In this document: positions 37,258 through 47,550 of the stretch, piece by piece
Numbering within the stretch: the stretch's first letter is position 1
How the letters are laid out: each line of letters opens with the position of its first letter
From: Firmicutes bacterium CAG:822
Lineage (GTDB): Bacteria; Bacillota_I; Bacilli_A; RF39; UBA660
Direction of reading: 5' to 3'
NCBI GenBank assembly: GCA_000432855.1
Contig: HF990861.1
Location: forward strand, 9,363 to 73,362
DNA: 64,000 bases
The notes under the pieces: model-generated
What the model saw: only the letters and a program-made list of their open reading frames with translations
Told to the model about the DNA's origin: nothing
Databases searched by the model: none
Translations under genes and position numbers: made by a program

Positions 37258-38190
37258 TTAATCTACATAACTTTGAAAACTATTTTTAACCTGATAATCT
37301 ATAGCCTCTTTTAATGTCGCATTCACATCAAAGCCAACCTGATCATTAAAACGAGAATAATCTGCTGTTTCGAACGCTCTATCATAATCACTTCTAAAAC
37401 TCTTATAATAATTAAGCTCCGCACTAAAACCAGGATTTGGCTGAATCATAATACTATTATAAGCTCTAATGATATGTGAAAGTGGTACACTATATTTATT
37501 ATCATCCATCAACTCTAAATTATCGGACTGAAATTTCCAAGTTTTCATAATCTCTTTTTTAGTAAAATCTAATACTTCTCTTTCTTTATTATTAAGTGAT
37601 TCAAAATTTTCCATATATGAAACATTATCACGAACCTGCTCCATATTACTCATTCCAGAAAGCACCGTAAGCACTCCATCAAATGAAGACGCATATCTAA
37701 TCGCATAACTAGATGGTGTTGCTAAAGCATTAAGCTCATGCATTTTATCTAAAGCAGCTTCTGGCACTCTAGCTAAAGTGCCACCTTTAACTGGTTCCAT
37801 AACAACCACCTTACAGTTATGTTTTCTAATAACTTCATAACACTTTTTAGATTGAATAAAAAGTTCATCCCAATCATAATAATTTATAACAATCTGTACA
37901 AATTCTACCTCTGAATGTTCATATAAAATCTTATCTAAAGTCTTCGCATCATCGTGAAAAGAAAAACCAATATGGTGAATCTTGCCTTCTTCTTTCCACT
38001 TTCTCATGTATTCAAATAAATGTGTTTCTTTAACCTGTCCTTCATATATAAATCTATTTAAATTATGAAGTAAATAATAATCAAAATACTCTACTCCACA
38101 TTTTTGGAGCTGTGTATTAAAAGTTTCTTCTACCTTATCCTCGGGCACCATATTAAAAATCGGAAATTTTGAAGCTAAAGTAAATTGGTG
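37258..38190 (-). pseudogene. aldo/keto reductase lacking its N-terminal ~85 residues (5'-degraded)
   Basis: The frame is open from 38190 (HQFTLASKFPIFNMVPEDKVEETFNTQLQKCGVEYFDYYLLHN...). The K and H of the AKR tetrad are present, but the upstream D/Y region is replaced by out-of-frame fragments. The track ORF starts at Met 38151. Confidence 0.55.
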
Positions 38191-38421
38191 TTAGTCGGAA
38201 AACGATTAATACCTCTAATTAATTTCATTTCAAAAACTGTCCGTAAGTGAGCTACTTGAGAATCAGTTGAAACACGGACATAAAGAGCTTTCATTTTTTT
38301 TACTACTGCTTTTATATGATTAATAGCTTGTACCTCCTTTTTATAAAAGCATTTTTTGTAAAAAAACTTGCAACTACATGATAACATTTTTATACAAAAA
38401 ATAAAATGCTTATAGTTTAGC

Positions 38422-38541
38422 TTATGCTTCTTTCATGTATTTCTTTAATAGTGTATATAATAAAGAAAAAGTTAAAGTAACATTTCTAGGTTCTAATCTT
38501 TTTCCATCCTTATCATAGTTTTCTACTCGTAATACTGCCAT
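38422..38541 (-). CDS. possible 39-aa ORF, hypothetical
   Basis: GAGGTGAT lies 5 nt before ATG 38541. Sequence MAVLRVENYDKDGKRLEPRNVTLTFSLLYTLLKKYMKEA*. There is no homology support. Confidence 0.25.
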   Translation of the reverse strand: MAVLRVENYDKDGKRLEPRNVTLTFSLLYTLLKKYMKEA

Positions 38542-38925
38542 TAGTATCACCTCGTTTAATTATATTTTTTTAAGACACAAAAAAACACATTAAAAGTTTT
38601 CAATGTGCTAAATACTCCTAAAAAACATTATTTTTTTAAAACAATACTACTTATAAAAGATTGTATACTTTAAAACTATCAAGCATGGTGTTTACACACC
38701 CTAAGCTTGTTAGGGAATATCCCTAAGACCCACTAAATAGTCTCCGACAGTTTAGAAAAATTATCAAATAAAATATAAAACCACGCTCCTCTCTTATAAG
38801 AAAATTTAAAGAAAGAGAAAAAAAAGAGAGATAAAATATCTCCCAAAATAGCTCTCTTTATAATTATCCTATAATACTATTTTACCACGTTTTTTTAGGA
38901 ACGTAAATGGCACGAGTTTTATAAA

Positions 38926-39591
38926 TTATATTCTTAACCAATCAGCATAATCTTTTCCAGTTACATATCTATAATCTAAGTATTCTATAATCCTTATAAC
39001 TTTTTGGATAATCCAATCTATCTGACTTTGGTCAACATCATTTAAATTACTATGAATAGCTTTGTTTAATATTGGCATTAATTCTTCTATTGACTCATAC
39101 TCGTTGCTACTAATGTATTTATTTTTATATAATTCTTTTGCTAAAGAAATTGTTGATTTTGCTGAAATATCTAAATTGTTTTTTTCTGACAATTTACGAA
39201 TTATCTTTTCTATTTCATATCTTCCTAATACTAATTTAGATATTTCATCATCTGAATTTAAAATTGAATTAATTGCATTGCACTGATAAATTTTCTTTTC
39301 TTTTTTATATTTATTGCCATTTAAAATGGAATCAATTTCTTCTTTACTAATTGGTTCTATAATTTCATCGATTTTCTTCTTTTGTTGTTCTGAAACTAAC
39401 TCAACCTTAACCCCAAAAGCGTCAACTGATTTAACATATTTAATAATCCAGGGAAGAAAAGCTATTATAAATAAAGTAATAACCATCCCAGTTATATTTT
39501 CTTTTGCCCAATCAAACAAAATAATTACAATTGCAAGGATAAAAAAGAAAGTAGAAAATATTATTTTAAACCAAAATGAACCCTTACGCAT
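38926..39591 (-). CDS. membrane-anchored hypothetical protein with a helical C-terminal domain
   Basis: Two N-terminal TM. The C-terminal helical region includes ...EELMPILNKAIHS..., which faintly resembles the DUF4145 'R..GN.AaH' pattern. GGTGAT precedes ATG 39591. Confidence 0.45.
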   Translation of the reverse strand: MRKGSFWFKIIFSTFFFILAIVIILFDWAKENITGMVITLFIIAFLPWIIKYVKSVDAFGVKVELVSEQQKKKIDEIIEPISKEEIDSILNGNKYKKEKKIYQCNAINSILNSDDEISKLVLGRYEIEKIIRKLSEKNNLDISAKSTISLAKELYKNKYISSNEYESIEELMPILNKAIHSNLNDVDQSQIDWIIQKVIRIIEYLDYRYVTGKDYADWLRI

Positions 39592-39668
39592 AAAAATCAC
39601 CAATATTATTATACATTAATTCTATAACTAAATAATTTTATTTATTTATTTATTTTGATATTATTTTT

Positions 39669-40199
39669 TTACAAAGAACTGGATTCAATAAACAAGTCCA
39701 CTTCTTTTTTTATTAACAAAAAGTTGGCATATGTATGTTTATTACCATTTATAGGTTTTATTCTAATATTTTTACCCAAAAGATCAAAAACTTCTTTTAC
39801 ACTTCCCTGTGGATCAAACTTTTGTTGTATTATTAAAATTTTACATCTATTATTAATATTATTTAATATTTCTTTTATCTTAATTCGATTTTCAAAAGTA
39901 AATTTCAAAGGCAATCCTAATACTACAAATATACTTGGTGTGATATTATTTTTTTCTATCTCAATAGCGGCTAAAACAGCCCCTGCTGACTTTGCTATTA
40001 TTACATAATTTTTTTTTCCTTTGCATAATTGCCTTAATTTTTTTCCTTCTTTTTCAAAATCTATCATTGAGTTATCTTCCCAATTATCAAAAAATAAAGA
40101 AAACACATTATAATTTTTCTTATATACATTTACCATTTGTCTCAACCATTTTATGTTATTAGAAGTGTTTCCACCTAATATTATAATATCATTATGCAT
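39669..40199 (-). CDS. small alpha/beta-fold hydrolase-like protein
   Basis: 176 aa. IIILGG...VIIAKSAGAVLAA (a GxSxG-like AKSAG) with an alternating beta-alpha pattern. Confidence 0.4.
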   Translation of the reverse strand: MHNDIIILGGNTSNNIKWLRQMVNVYKKNYNVFSLFFDNWEDNSMIDFEKEGKKLRQLCKGKKNYVIIAKSAGAVLAAIEIEKNNITPSIFVVLGLPLKFTFENRIKIKEILNNINNRCKILIIQQKFDPQGSVKEVFDLLGKNIRIKPINGNKHTYANFLLIKKEVDLFIESSSL

Positions 40200-40256
40200 T
40201 TACATTGCTCCTTTTAGATAAAAAAATGCATACAATATGCATCTAATTAACATATT

Positions 40257-40330
40257 TGGAGGGCCCGATTGGATTTGAACCAACGATCAGGGAGTTGCAG
40301 TCCCATGCCTTACCACTTGGCTACAGGCCC
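40257..40330 (-). tRNA. tRNA-Cys (anticodon GCA), copy A, CCA encoded
   Basis: Hand-folded. Acceptor GGGCCTG/CGGGCCC, anticodon loop CTGCAAC, T-arm GTTGG-TTCAAAT-CCAAT, discriminator T73. Own promoter TTGACT-18-TAAAAT at about 40374-40345. Confidence 0.85.
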
Positions 40331-40411
40331 ATAACATAAATATATTTTACAATATATTTATGTTTTAAGTCAACAATTATAACTAAATTATATACACGTT
40401 TAATAAAATAT

Positions 40412-41860
40412 TTATCTAGTTTTTGATTTTGGTGGAATATCAATATCCCATTCAGTAGATGTACCACCATCTTTAAGAATTATTCCTCTTTCAAGTAATT
40501 CATTTCTTATTTTATCTGCTTCTATCCAATTTTTTTCATCTTTATAATGTTTTCTATTTAATATCATATCATTTATCTCAGACTCATCTATATTATATAA
40601 AGTTAAATACTTATTTTTTATTTCTTCAATCACTTTAATAGGATTTTGTTGAAGTAAACCTAAAGTCGAATACACTTTTATTAAAGCATTCTTCATATCA
40701 ACAACTTCTTGAATTTCATTTTTATTAATCATTTTATTCATTATATTTACATATTCAAAAATATTTGCAATTGCCACGGAAGTATTAAAATCATTATCCA
40801 TAGCTTTTCTAAAATTATTATCAATAATATCTAAGTATTTAGAATTATCATTTGGCTTATAATCACTACCTAATAAATCAATCAAATAAAACAACTTATA
40901 TAACATATATATTTTTGCTTCATGTTGATCAAACATTCCATCTACCACATTCATATCAGAACGATAATTATTTTCTAATAATGACATTCTTATTACTTCA
41001 GGATTATATTCTTTCAATAAATCACCTAATAAAATACCATTGTTTAAAGATTTACTCATTTTCTGACCATTAACTTTAATCAAACCATTATGTAACCAAT
41101 ATCTTGAAAATTGCTTACCTGTTAAAGATTCACTCTGTGCGATTTCATTTTCATGATGAGGGAAAATCAAATCTTTACCACCACCATGTATATCTATTGT
41201 TTCTCCCAAATATTTCATACTCATTGTTGAACATTCAATATGCCATCCAGGTCTACCTAATCCCCAAGGTGATTCCCAAAAAATTTCATCATTTTTTGCA
41301 TTTTTCCATAAAGCAAAATCTTTATCATCTAATTTACCAGGCTCTACACTTTTTCTAACCCCAGATAATCCATCATCAATTATCCTATTTGATAACTTAC
41401 CATACTCTGGAAATGATGAAACCTTAAAAAATACATCTCCATTTTCGGTACAATAAGCATGCCCAGTTTCAATTAATTTCGTGATAAAGTTAATCATATC
41501 AGGTATACATTCTGTCGCTTTTGATTGAATTGTAGGTTTTTCCACAAATAATTGCGATAATTCATAATCTATTTTTTTCATCATATTATTTGCATAATCA
41601 GTAGGATCTACTCCCAATTCACGGGCTTTAATGATTATTTTATCATCTACGTCTGTATAATTTCTAACATAAGTTACTTCATATCCTATATACTCCAAAT
41701 ATTTTTTTATAACATCAAATATAATTGCTTGATATGCATGACCAATATGTGCATCACCAGAAGCTGTTATACCACATGCATACATTTTAACTTTTCCATC
41801 TTCTAAAGGAATAAACTCTTCTTTTTTTCTATGTAAAACATTGTAAACTTTTAGACTCAT
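40412..41860 (-). CDS. cysS: cysteine--tRNA ligase
   Basis: 482 aa. Contains CGITASGDAHIGHA (HIGH) and KMSKSLNN, with CysRS-typical length and layout. Confidence 0.9.
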   Translation of the reverse strand: MSLKVYNVLHRKKEEFIPLEDGKVKMYACGITASGDAHIGHAYQAIIFDVIKKYLEYIGYEVTYVRNYTDVDDKIIIKARELGVDPTDYANNMMKKIDYELSQLFVEKPTIQSKATECIPDMINFITKLIETGHAYCTENGDVFFKVSSFPEYGKLSNRIIDDGLSGVRKSVEPGKLDDKDFALWKNAKNDEIFWESPWGLGRPGWHIECSTMSMKYLGETIDIHGGGKDLIFPHHENEIAQSESLTGKQFSRYWLHNGLIKVNGQKMSKSLNNGILLGDLLKEYNPEVIRMSLLENNYRSDMNVVDGMFDQHEAKIYMLYKLFYLIDLLGSDYKPNDNSKYLDIIDNNFRKAMDNDFNTSVAIANIFEYVNIMNKMINKNEIQEVVDMKNALIKVYSTLGLLQQNPIKVIEEIKNKYLTLYNIDESEINDMILNRKHYKDEKNWIEADKIRNELLERGIILKDGGTSTEWDIDIPPKSKTR

Positions 41861-42009
41861 TTTTGCCTCCTAATTTTAAAGTTTTAATTTAAACATACAA
41901 TCGTAATTTTTTATCTAATACAACACCAAAGAAATGAAAACGATACGGTTTGTACGTATTATACTATTATTTTCTATTAAAATCAATAATATGAATTTAT
42001 ACTATTTTT

Positions 42010-43377
42010 TCATATTTTTATATTTGGCAATAAAATATTCATAAAATATTTTAAAGTATTTCTAACTTTTATCAAGATTTCCATTTCAGCATTAGAATAT
42101 TTCTTTTTTAAATTTTTCATCACATCAACAAGTACCTGTTGATAAAAACCATCTTTCAACTCTTGGTAAATTTTGTCAAATTCCTCAACAAAATCATTGT
42201 TGTTACATTCTACATTAAGTAACTGACTATTTAAAAACACTACATAATCATAAAATTCTTTCAGCATTTTATTTATAATTTTTATATTTTCTTCGGTATA
42301 ATTATACATTTTCGAAGGATGACCACCAGTAAACATTATTATCATGCGAGCAACATTACTACCATATTCATCTAGTAAATCTTTCAACAATACAGCAGTT
42401 CCTCTTGAAGATGACATACGTTCACCATTTACATATCCCATTCCAGTAATAAAATACTTATTTGTATAATACTTCTTTTTAAAAAGTAAACTTTCAGAAA
42501 AAGTTTTCTTAATTATCCAATTTTTTAAATGTTCTTCACAAACAAATAAATCTGTTGGCAACCATTTTACAACTGCTTCTACTATAGGAATAGTTGTTTT
42601 TTTATTTCCACCAAGAACCTCAAATATTTCATTAAAAATGTCTTCCTTTTTTTCATCATTATTCAAATATTTAAATTTTTTATATAAATCATAAATTACA
42701 AATAACTCACTATCAAACATTGGATCAATAACATAGTTGTCTCTATATCTAACACCAATTCCATAATTTCTTAATATTCCCCAATCACTTCTTATATTTT
42801 CAAAAGATGATATTATATTATTCCTTAAACTTGGGCTAATAAAAATTAGTTGTTCCAAATTGTTTTTTGTTTGTTTTTTCCAAGTTTCATCATCATAGTT
42901 AAGTGCCAATTCATCTTTAGAATTTTTGATTAACATACCTTTCTTTTCGTAACAATTAAATATTGTTCTAACAAATATCTCATAATCTTCTTCATTTGTT
43001 TTATAAAAATTTACATAATCACATGAAATATCAAGCCGTTTCAAATCTAATAAAGTCTGAGCAGTATAATAATCTAACAATTTTTCAGGATTGTTAAAAT
43101 TTTCAACGACTTTTCTCGGAGTTTTATAACCTTTGATAAATTTATCTCTCTCTTTATTTCTAACTTCTTTGTTATTGCTATTTAAATTATTAATAGTATT
43201 CTCTGCAGTCACTCCACTATAATGTGAAGCTATTGGAAAGCAAACATCTTTCCCTTCCGCACGTGCAATTCTCGCATTAATATCAGCAACTAACATAATT
43301 TTAGCATGATCAATACTCAAAGGACATACTGGATATATATATGGAACTGAAATAAGCAACTTATTATTTTTCTTCAC
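42010..43377 (-). CDS. class I aminoacyl-tRNA-synthetase-like paralog with degenerate signature motifs
   Basis: 455 aa. PYIYPVCPLSIDHAKIMLVADINARIARAEGKDVCF occupies the HIGH region (SIDH instead of HIGH). GERMSSSRGTAV occupies the KMSKS position. Class Ia-like WG...D blocks lie between them. GTG start with SD AAGGAG. Confidence 0.6.
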   Translation of the reverse strand: MKKNNKLLISVPYIYPVCPLSIDHAKIMLVADINARIARAEGKDVCFPIASHYSGVTAENTINNLNSNNKEVRNKERDKFIKGYKTPRKVVENFNNPEKLLDYYTAQTLLDLKRLDISCDYVNFYKTNEEDYEIFVRTIFNCYEKKGMLIKNSKDELALNYDDETWKKQTKNNLEQLIFISPSLRNNIISSFENIRSDWGILRNYGIGVRYRDNYVIDPMFDSELFVIYDLYKKFKYLNNDEKKEDIFNEIFEVLGGNKKTTIPIVEAVVKWLPTDLFVCEEHLKNWIIKKTFSESLLFKKKYYTNKYFITGMGYVNGERMSSSRGTAVLLKDLLDEYGSNVARMIIMFTGGHPSKMYNYTEENIKIINKMLKEFYDYVVFLNSQLLNVECNNNDFVEEFDKIYQELKDGFYQQVLVDVMKNLKKKYSNAEMEILIKVRNTLKYFMNILLPNIKI

Positions 43378-43574
43378 TTGAACACTCCTTTACTATTTCT
43401 TTTAACATTAATTGTCTTTCTTTAAAAGTAAAAGATAATGCTTTATGCCAAGAATTTTTATATATTACATCTTCAAAACCTAAATCATGATTTTTCCCTT
43501 ATTCTTCAACGGTTTTTACTACTTTGTCCACAGTAAAAAAGTACCTAGTTATTTTTACTAGATACTTTCATTGT

Positions 43575-43766
43575 CTACTCTAGGCTGTGAATAGTAACCC
43601 CTAAACCACTATCTTCACTAGTATCTTCATTATTTTCTAAAGTAGTAGAATTATTTTCAATATCCTCATCCATCTCATTACTAGAATTATTATTTATAAA
43701 TGCAAAATATATAATTATTCCAATTACTATAAATATTAAACCTATAATTACAATTATCTTTTTCAT
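43575..43766 (-). CDS. small membrane-anchored acidic protein
   Basis: MKKIIVIIGLIFIVIGIIIYFAF followed by an acidic tail. GGAG lies 6 nt before ATG 43766. Confidence 0.4.
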   Translation of the reverse strand: MKKIIVIIGLIFIVIGIIIYFAFINNNSSNEMDEDIENNSTTLENNEDTSEDSGLGVTIHSLE

Positions 43767-43775
43767 AAACATCTC

Positions 43776-44381
43776 CTATCCAAGTAATTTCCTAATACCC
43801 ATATATGCAATCTCGTAAATTGTAAAATATTTATATTTAATTCCAGCTTCTTTCATTGCTTGTTTTTGTTTTTTAGTCACACTCGCATAAGGATATATAC
43901 CAAACATAAACGGGAAAAATGAATAAATAAATTCTATCGTATCTTCTTCACTCATATCTTTAAAAAACTTATTTAAACAAAGCCTTACAGCATGAACCGC
44001 ATTCCCATAAGCCTTTTTAAACTCCGTTAGTCTCTCTATTCGGCTATTTTCTTCTAAATCATACATATTCATTGACAAAAGCTTCAATAATCTTTCCTTA
44101 TCTTCAAGCGTATGAGCTAACTTTCCCGCAAACTCATCTTTCGTAAGACTTTCATTATTATTTCTTATCGCATCAACTTCATCCTGCCATTTTTCGTATT
44201 CTTTTTGAAATAATGCCAAAAAAATTTCTTCCTTTGTTTCAAAATAATTATAAATAGATGGTCTTGAAAATGTCGTTTGTTCACTTATCAGTTTTATTGT
44301 TATGTCCTTAAAATTATACTTATCATATAAATCTGTACAAGCATTAATAATTTCTTCTTTTCTTAAATCACTATGTTCCAT
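43776..44381 (-). CDS. TetR/AcrR family transcriptional regulator
   Basis: ITIKLISEQTTFSRPSIYNYFETKEEIF HTH. AAAGGAGG precedes ATG 44381. Confidence 0.8.
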   Translation of the reverse strand: MEHSDLRKEEIINACTDLYDKYNFKDITIKLISEQTTFSRPSIYNYFETKEEIFLALFQKEYEKWQDEVDAIRNNNESLTKDEFAGKLAHTLEDKERLLKLLSMNMYDLEENSRIERLTEFKKAYGNAVHAVRLCLNKFFKDMSEEDTIEFIYSFFPFMFGIYPYASVTKKQKQAMKEAGIKYKYFTIYEIAYMGIRKLLG

Positions 44382-44494
44382 AAAATTACCTCCTTTTGAC
44401 ACTCTGTCAGTCATCTTACACTTTCATTATATTAATTTTCTGACACCGTGTCAATAGAAATTGATAAAAAAATTTACTAAATATTATTAGTAAA

Positions 44495-46231
44495 TTAATT
44501 ATTAGTATTTGTCTTTAACTCTGTCTCATATAAATGTTTATAAGCTAAAGATTTATCTAAAAGCTCCTCATGTGTTCCTTCGGCCTCAATATGACCATCG
44601 TTTAAAAATAAAATTCTATCACTATCTATAATTGTTGATAACCTATGAGCAATAATCAAAATAGTATATTCACCCTGCATATTATGAATAGCTTCCTGTA
44701 TTTCTTTTTGTGTTTCATTATCCAAAGCACTTGTCGCTTCATCAAATAAAATAATCTCAGTTTTTTGTATTAAAGCTCTCGCAATAGCCAGTCTCTGTTT
44801 TTGACCACCTGATAGAGTAATACCACCCTCACCAACTACTGTATCATATTTATCAGGTAAAGTATTTATAAACTCATCTAAACAAGCCATCTTACAAGCA
44901 CTAATCATCTCTTCATCAGTTAAATTTTCTTTAACTAATTTTAAATTATCTTTAATACTTAAATTAAATATATAAGGATTTTGATTAATAACGGTAATAT
45001 TATTTCTAATACTATCCTTATCTAATTCATTAATATTAACCCCATCAATTAATATCTCACCACTATCTACCTCATACATTTTATCAATCAAACTAAATAT
45101 TGTACTTTTACCTGCCCCACTTTTACCAACAAAAGCAACTGTACTATTCGCATCTATCTTAAAAGATAAATTATCTAAAACCTTATTATCTCCATAACTA
45201 AAATTAACATCTTTAAACTCAAAATTACCATCTACCTTAGATAAATGTTTATTTCCAAAAGATTCCTTGGGAAACTCTTTATCTAAGGTAATATCAAATA
45301 TTCTTTTAGCTGATAAGTTAAAATCTTTAACAACTCTAAATAAATTATCCAAAGAAAAAATAATACTTGTTGTCCTACCTGAATAATTGTATATAACAAG
45401 AGCTAATGGAATAGTAAGATTCTTTTGAACAAGCAAATAAACAAGCAAAATAATAAACACAAGATCCATAAAATCAATTAAACTGCGGCCTAATAAATCA
45501 TAATTTCTAATAACTCTCATCATTTTATATCTTTTTTGATTAAGCATAATAATTTTTTCATTCATAACTCTAAGAAAACTATTTTCCGCATTTAACATTT
45601 TTATATCTCTAGCGCCCCTAACAACCTCACCAGTAAAACCAGAAACTTTTTCTTCTTCTTTCCTAAACTCTTTATCTTTCTCATTATATACTCTAGACTC
45701 TTTAATTCTAACAATAATTAAAACAAATAACATGAAAATCAAAAATAAAAAAGCCCATACATTAATAATCAATACCGCTACTAAAATACCAATATTACTA
45801 ATTATATTTGATAAATTAATAGTTAAATTATTAAAAATAGAAGATAATCTTCCAGTATCACTAATTAATCTTTGAATAAAAACACCAGATGAATTTTTAT
45901 CTAAAGTTTTATTTTGAAGCTTTAAAATCTCAGTTCCCAAAGCTTTTTGAGTATTAGTAAATGTTTCTCTATAAATCACTTGTATAAAATAATCATTAGA
46001 AAATTTAATAATATTTTGAATCATTTCTATTATAAAAATAATTATACTTATATATATTAATTGACTTAATTCATTAGATGTTAAATTAACAACCATCTTC
46101 GCACTCAAAACTGGTAAAACAACTCCAATAACCGCCATTATCACATTTGTTATCGCAAATAAAATAAGTTTTGTTTTTTGACCCTTCACATATCGCCATG
46201 CAAATTTCAAATTTTTAACTAACTCTAACAT
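44495..46231 (-). CDS. ABC exporter, fused permease/ATPase (MsbA/MDR type)
   Basis: 578 aa. Six-TM N-terminal half, Walker A GKSGAGKST, signature LSGGQKQR, Walker B ILFDEATS. Confidence 0.9.
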   Translation of the reverse strand: MLELVKNLKFAWRYVKGQKTKLILFAITNVIMAVIGVVLPVLSAKMVVNLTSNELSQLIYISIIIFIIEMIQNIIKFSNDYFIQVIYRETFTNTQKALGTEILKLQNKTLDKNSSGVFIQRLISDTGRLSSIFNNLTINLSNIISNIGILVAVLIINVWAFLFLIFMLFVLIIVRIKESRVYNEKDKEFRKEEEKVSGFTGEVVRGARDIKMLNAENSFLRVMNEKIIMLNQKRYKMMRVIRNYDLLGRSLIDFMDLVFIILLVYLLVQKNLTIPLALVIYNYSGRTTSIIFSLDNLFRVVKDFNLSAKRIFDITLDKEFPKESFGNKHLSKVDGNFEFKDVNFSYGDNKVLDNLSFKIDANSTVAFVGKSGAGKSTIFSLIDKMYEVDSGEILIDGVNINELDKDSIRNNITVINQNPYIFNLSIKDNLKLVKENLTDEEMISACKMACLDEFINTLPDKYDTVVGEGGITLSGGQKQRLAIARALIQKTEIILFDEATSALDNETQKEIQEAIHNMQGEYTILIIAHRLSTIIDSDRILFLNDGHIEAEGTHEELLDKSLAYKHLYETELKTNTNN

Positions 46232-46409
46232 ACATACCCCCTCACATCAAAAGTATTATAACATTACAGTATACTAGAGTGTCAACTAACAAATTTAAAA
46301 TAATATAATTTAAATTAAAAAAATTATAATATAAGCTCATAAAATAAAACGTACAAAATCATTGCACGTTTTTCTAATTCAAATAATATAACTAAACAAA
46401 TTTCACTAA

Positions 46410-47366
46410 TTACCAATTTTCATATCTTTGATTTTTATTAATATCAGCTATATTTTTCATATCTTCTTCATTTAAACTAAAATCAAAAATACTATAATTT
46501 TCTAAAATATGATCTGAATTACTTGAACCCGGAATAACTATATATCCAGCTTGTAATTGCCATCTTAATATAATTTGTGCGGATGCTTTATTATACTTTG
46601 TAGCTATATCTCTAATAACCTCATTATTAAAGTTTTCAGAAGTATGCCCTCTACCACCAAATGGATACCAAGACTCAATTATTATTCCATATTGACTAAC
46701 ATATTCCTTTAAATCAGTATTTTGATAATATATATGATTTTCATTTTGAATTACTGCCGGAACAATTGTTGCATAAGACAAAACTTCATCTATCTCTTCT
46801 TTAGTATAATAATTTGATATTCCAATTGATTTCACTTTTCCATCATAAACACCTTGTTCCATCGCTTTATAAACCTCTTCATCATTAGATCCAGGTTGAT
46901 GAATCAAAAGTAAATCTATATAATCTACTCCTAATCTTTCCAAAGACTCATCTATTGAATTATAAGCATTATTATAACTACTTGGCATTATCTTTGTTGT
47001 AATAAAGACCTCTTCTCTTGTAACAATACCATCATCAATAGCTCTTCTAAGGCCTTCTCCAACACCTCTTTCATTACCATAATATTGAGCAGTATCAATT
47101 AATCTATAACCATCTTCTAAAGCATAATAAACAGAATTAGCGGTTTCTTCATCATTTTGAGTCCATGTTCCTAAACCTATTATTGGCATCTCATAACCAC
47201 TATTTAAAGTTACTGTTTTTGTATCAAAATTAAATTCAGCTTTACCCATACTTTCTTTAATATTTTTTACCTCCTTGCTATCATCTACATTCTTTTCACT
47301 AAAAAACCAAAATAATATCAAACCAAAAGCACATAAAACAACTATAACAATCAAAATATTCTTCAT
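46410..47366 (-). CDS. aldo/keto reductase (DkgA-like) with an N-terminal membrane anchor
   Basis: Contains GLGTW...IDTAQYYGNE...TKI...LLIHQP... with an intact AKR tetrad context. Hydrophobic N-terminus MKNILIVIVVLCAFGLILFWF. Confidence 0.8.
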   Translation of the reverse strand: MKNILIVIVVLCAFGLILFWFFSEKNVDDSKEVKNIKESMGKAEFNFDTKTVTLNSGYEMPIIGLGTWTQNDEETANSVYYALEDGYRLIDTAQYYGNERGVGEGLRRAIDDGIVTREEVFITTKIMPSSYNNAYNSIDESLERLGVDYIDLLLIHQPGSNDEEVYKAMEQGVYDGKVKSIGISNYYTKEEIDEVLSYATIVPAVIQNENHIYYQNTDLKEYVSQYGIIIESWYPFGGRGHTSENFNNEVIRDIATKYNKASAQIILRWQLQAGYIVIPGSSNSDHILENYSIFDFSLNEEDMKNIADINKNQRYENW

Positions 47367-47515
47367 ATTTTCTCCCTTTTAAATTTTCTTAAAAAATATT
47401 ATTACAACATCCCATTAACATAATTTTTATTTATGTTCTAATATAATTGTAGCACCTAGACCTAACTTTAGGTCAAGTATTAATTTATAAATTCTAAGAA
47501 ATAAAACAAAATCAT

Positions 47516-47550
47516 AGAAAAATCTAAAGTGATATTATCTTCACTTTAGA
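47516..47550 (-). terminator. terminator closing the retron operon
   Basis: Read on the minus strand: TCTAAAGTGA-N8-TCACTTTAGA followed by TTTTTCT, overlapping the last codons and stop of the 278-aa ORF. Confidence 0.65.

Noticed and set aside
38175-38387. Track ORF of 70 aa as an intact gene
   Set aside because: It is a chimera of unrelated pieces: a serine-recombinase-like MKALYVRVSTDSQ followed by an out-of-frame AKR-like GINRF segment. It has no convincing SD. It is treated as part of the degraded 5' region of the AKR pseudogene.
41861-42009. Possible T-box or other riboswitch upstream of cysS
   Set aside because: Only ~100 nt lie between a clear TTGATT-17-TATAAT promoter and the SD. 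There is no T-box motif and no terminator/antiterminator pair.
43381-43534. Protein-like minus-strand frame (..VDKVVKTVEE * GKNHDLGFEDVIYKNSWHKALSFTFKERQLMLKEIVKEC..) upstream of the aaRS-like gene
   Set aside because: It has no usable start codon and contains an in-frame TAA. It overlaps the SD and start of the downstream gene. It may be a gene relic, but this cannot be supported.
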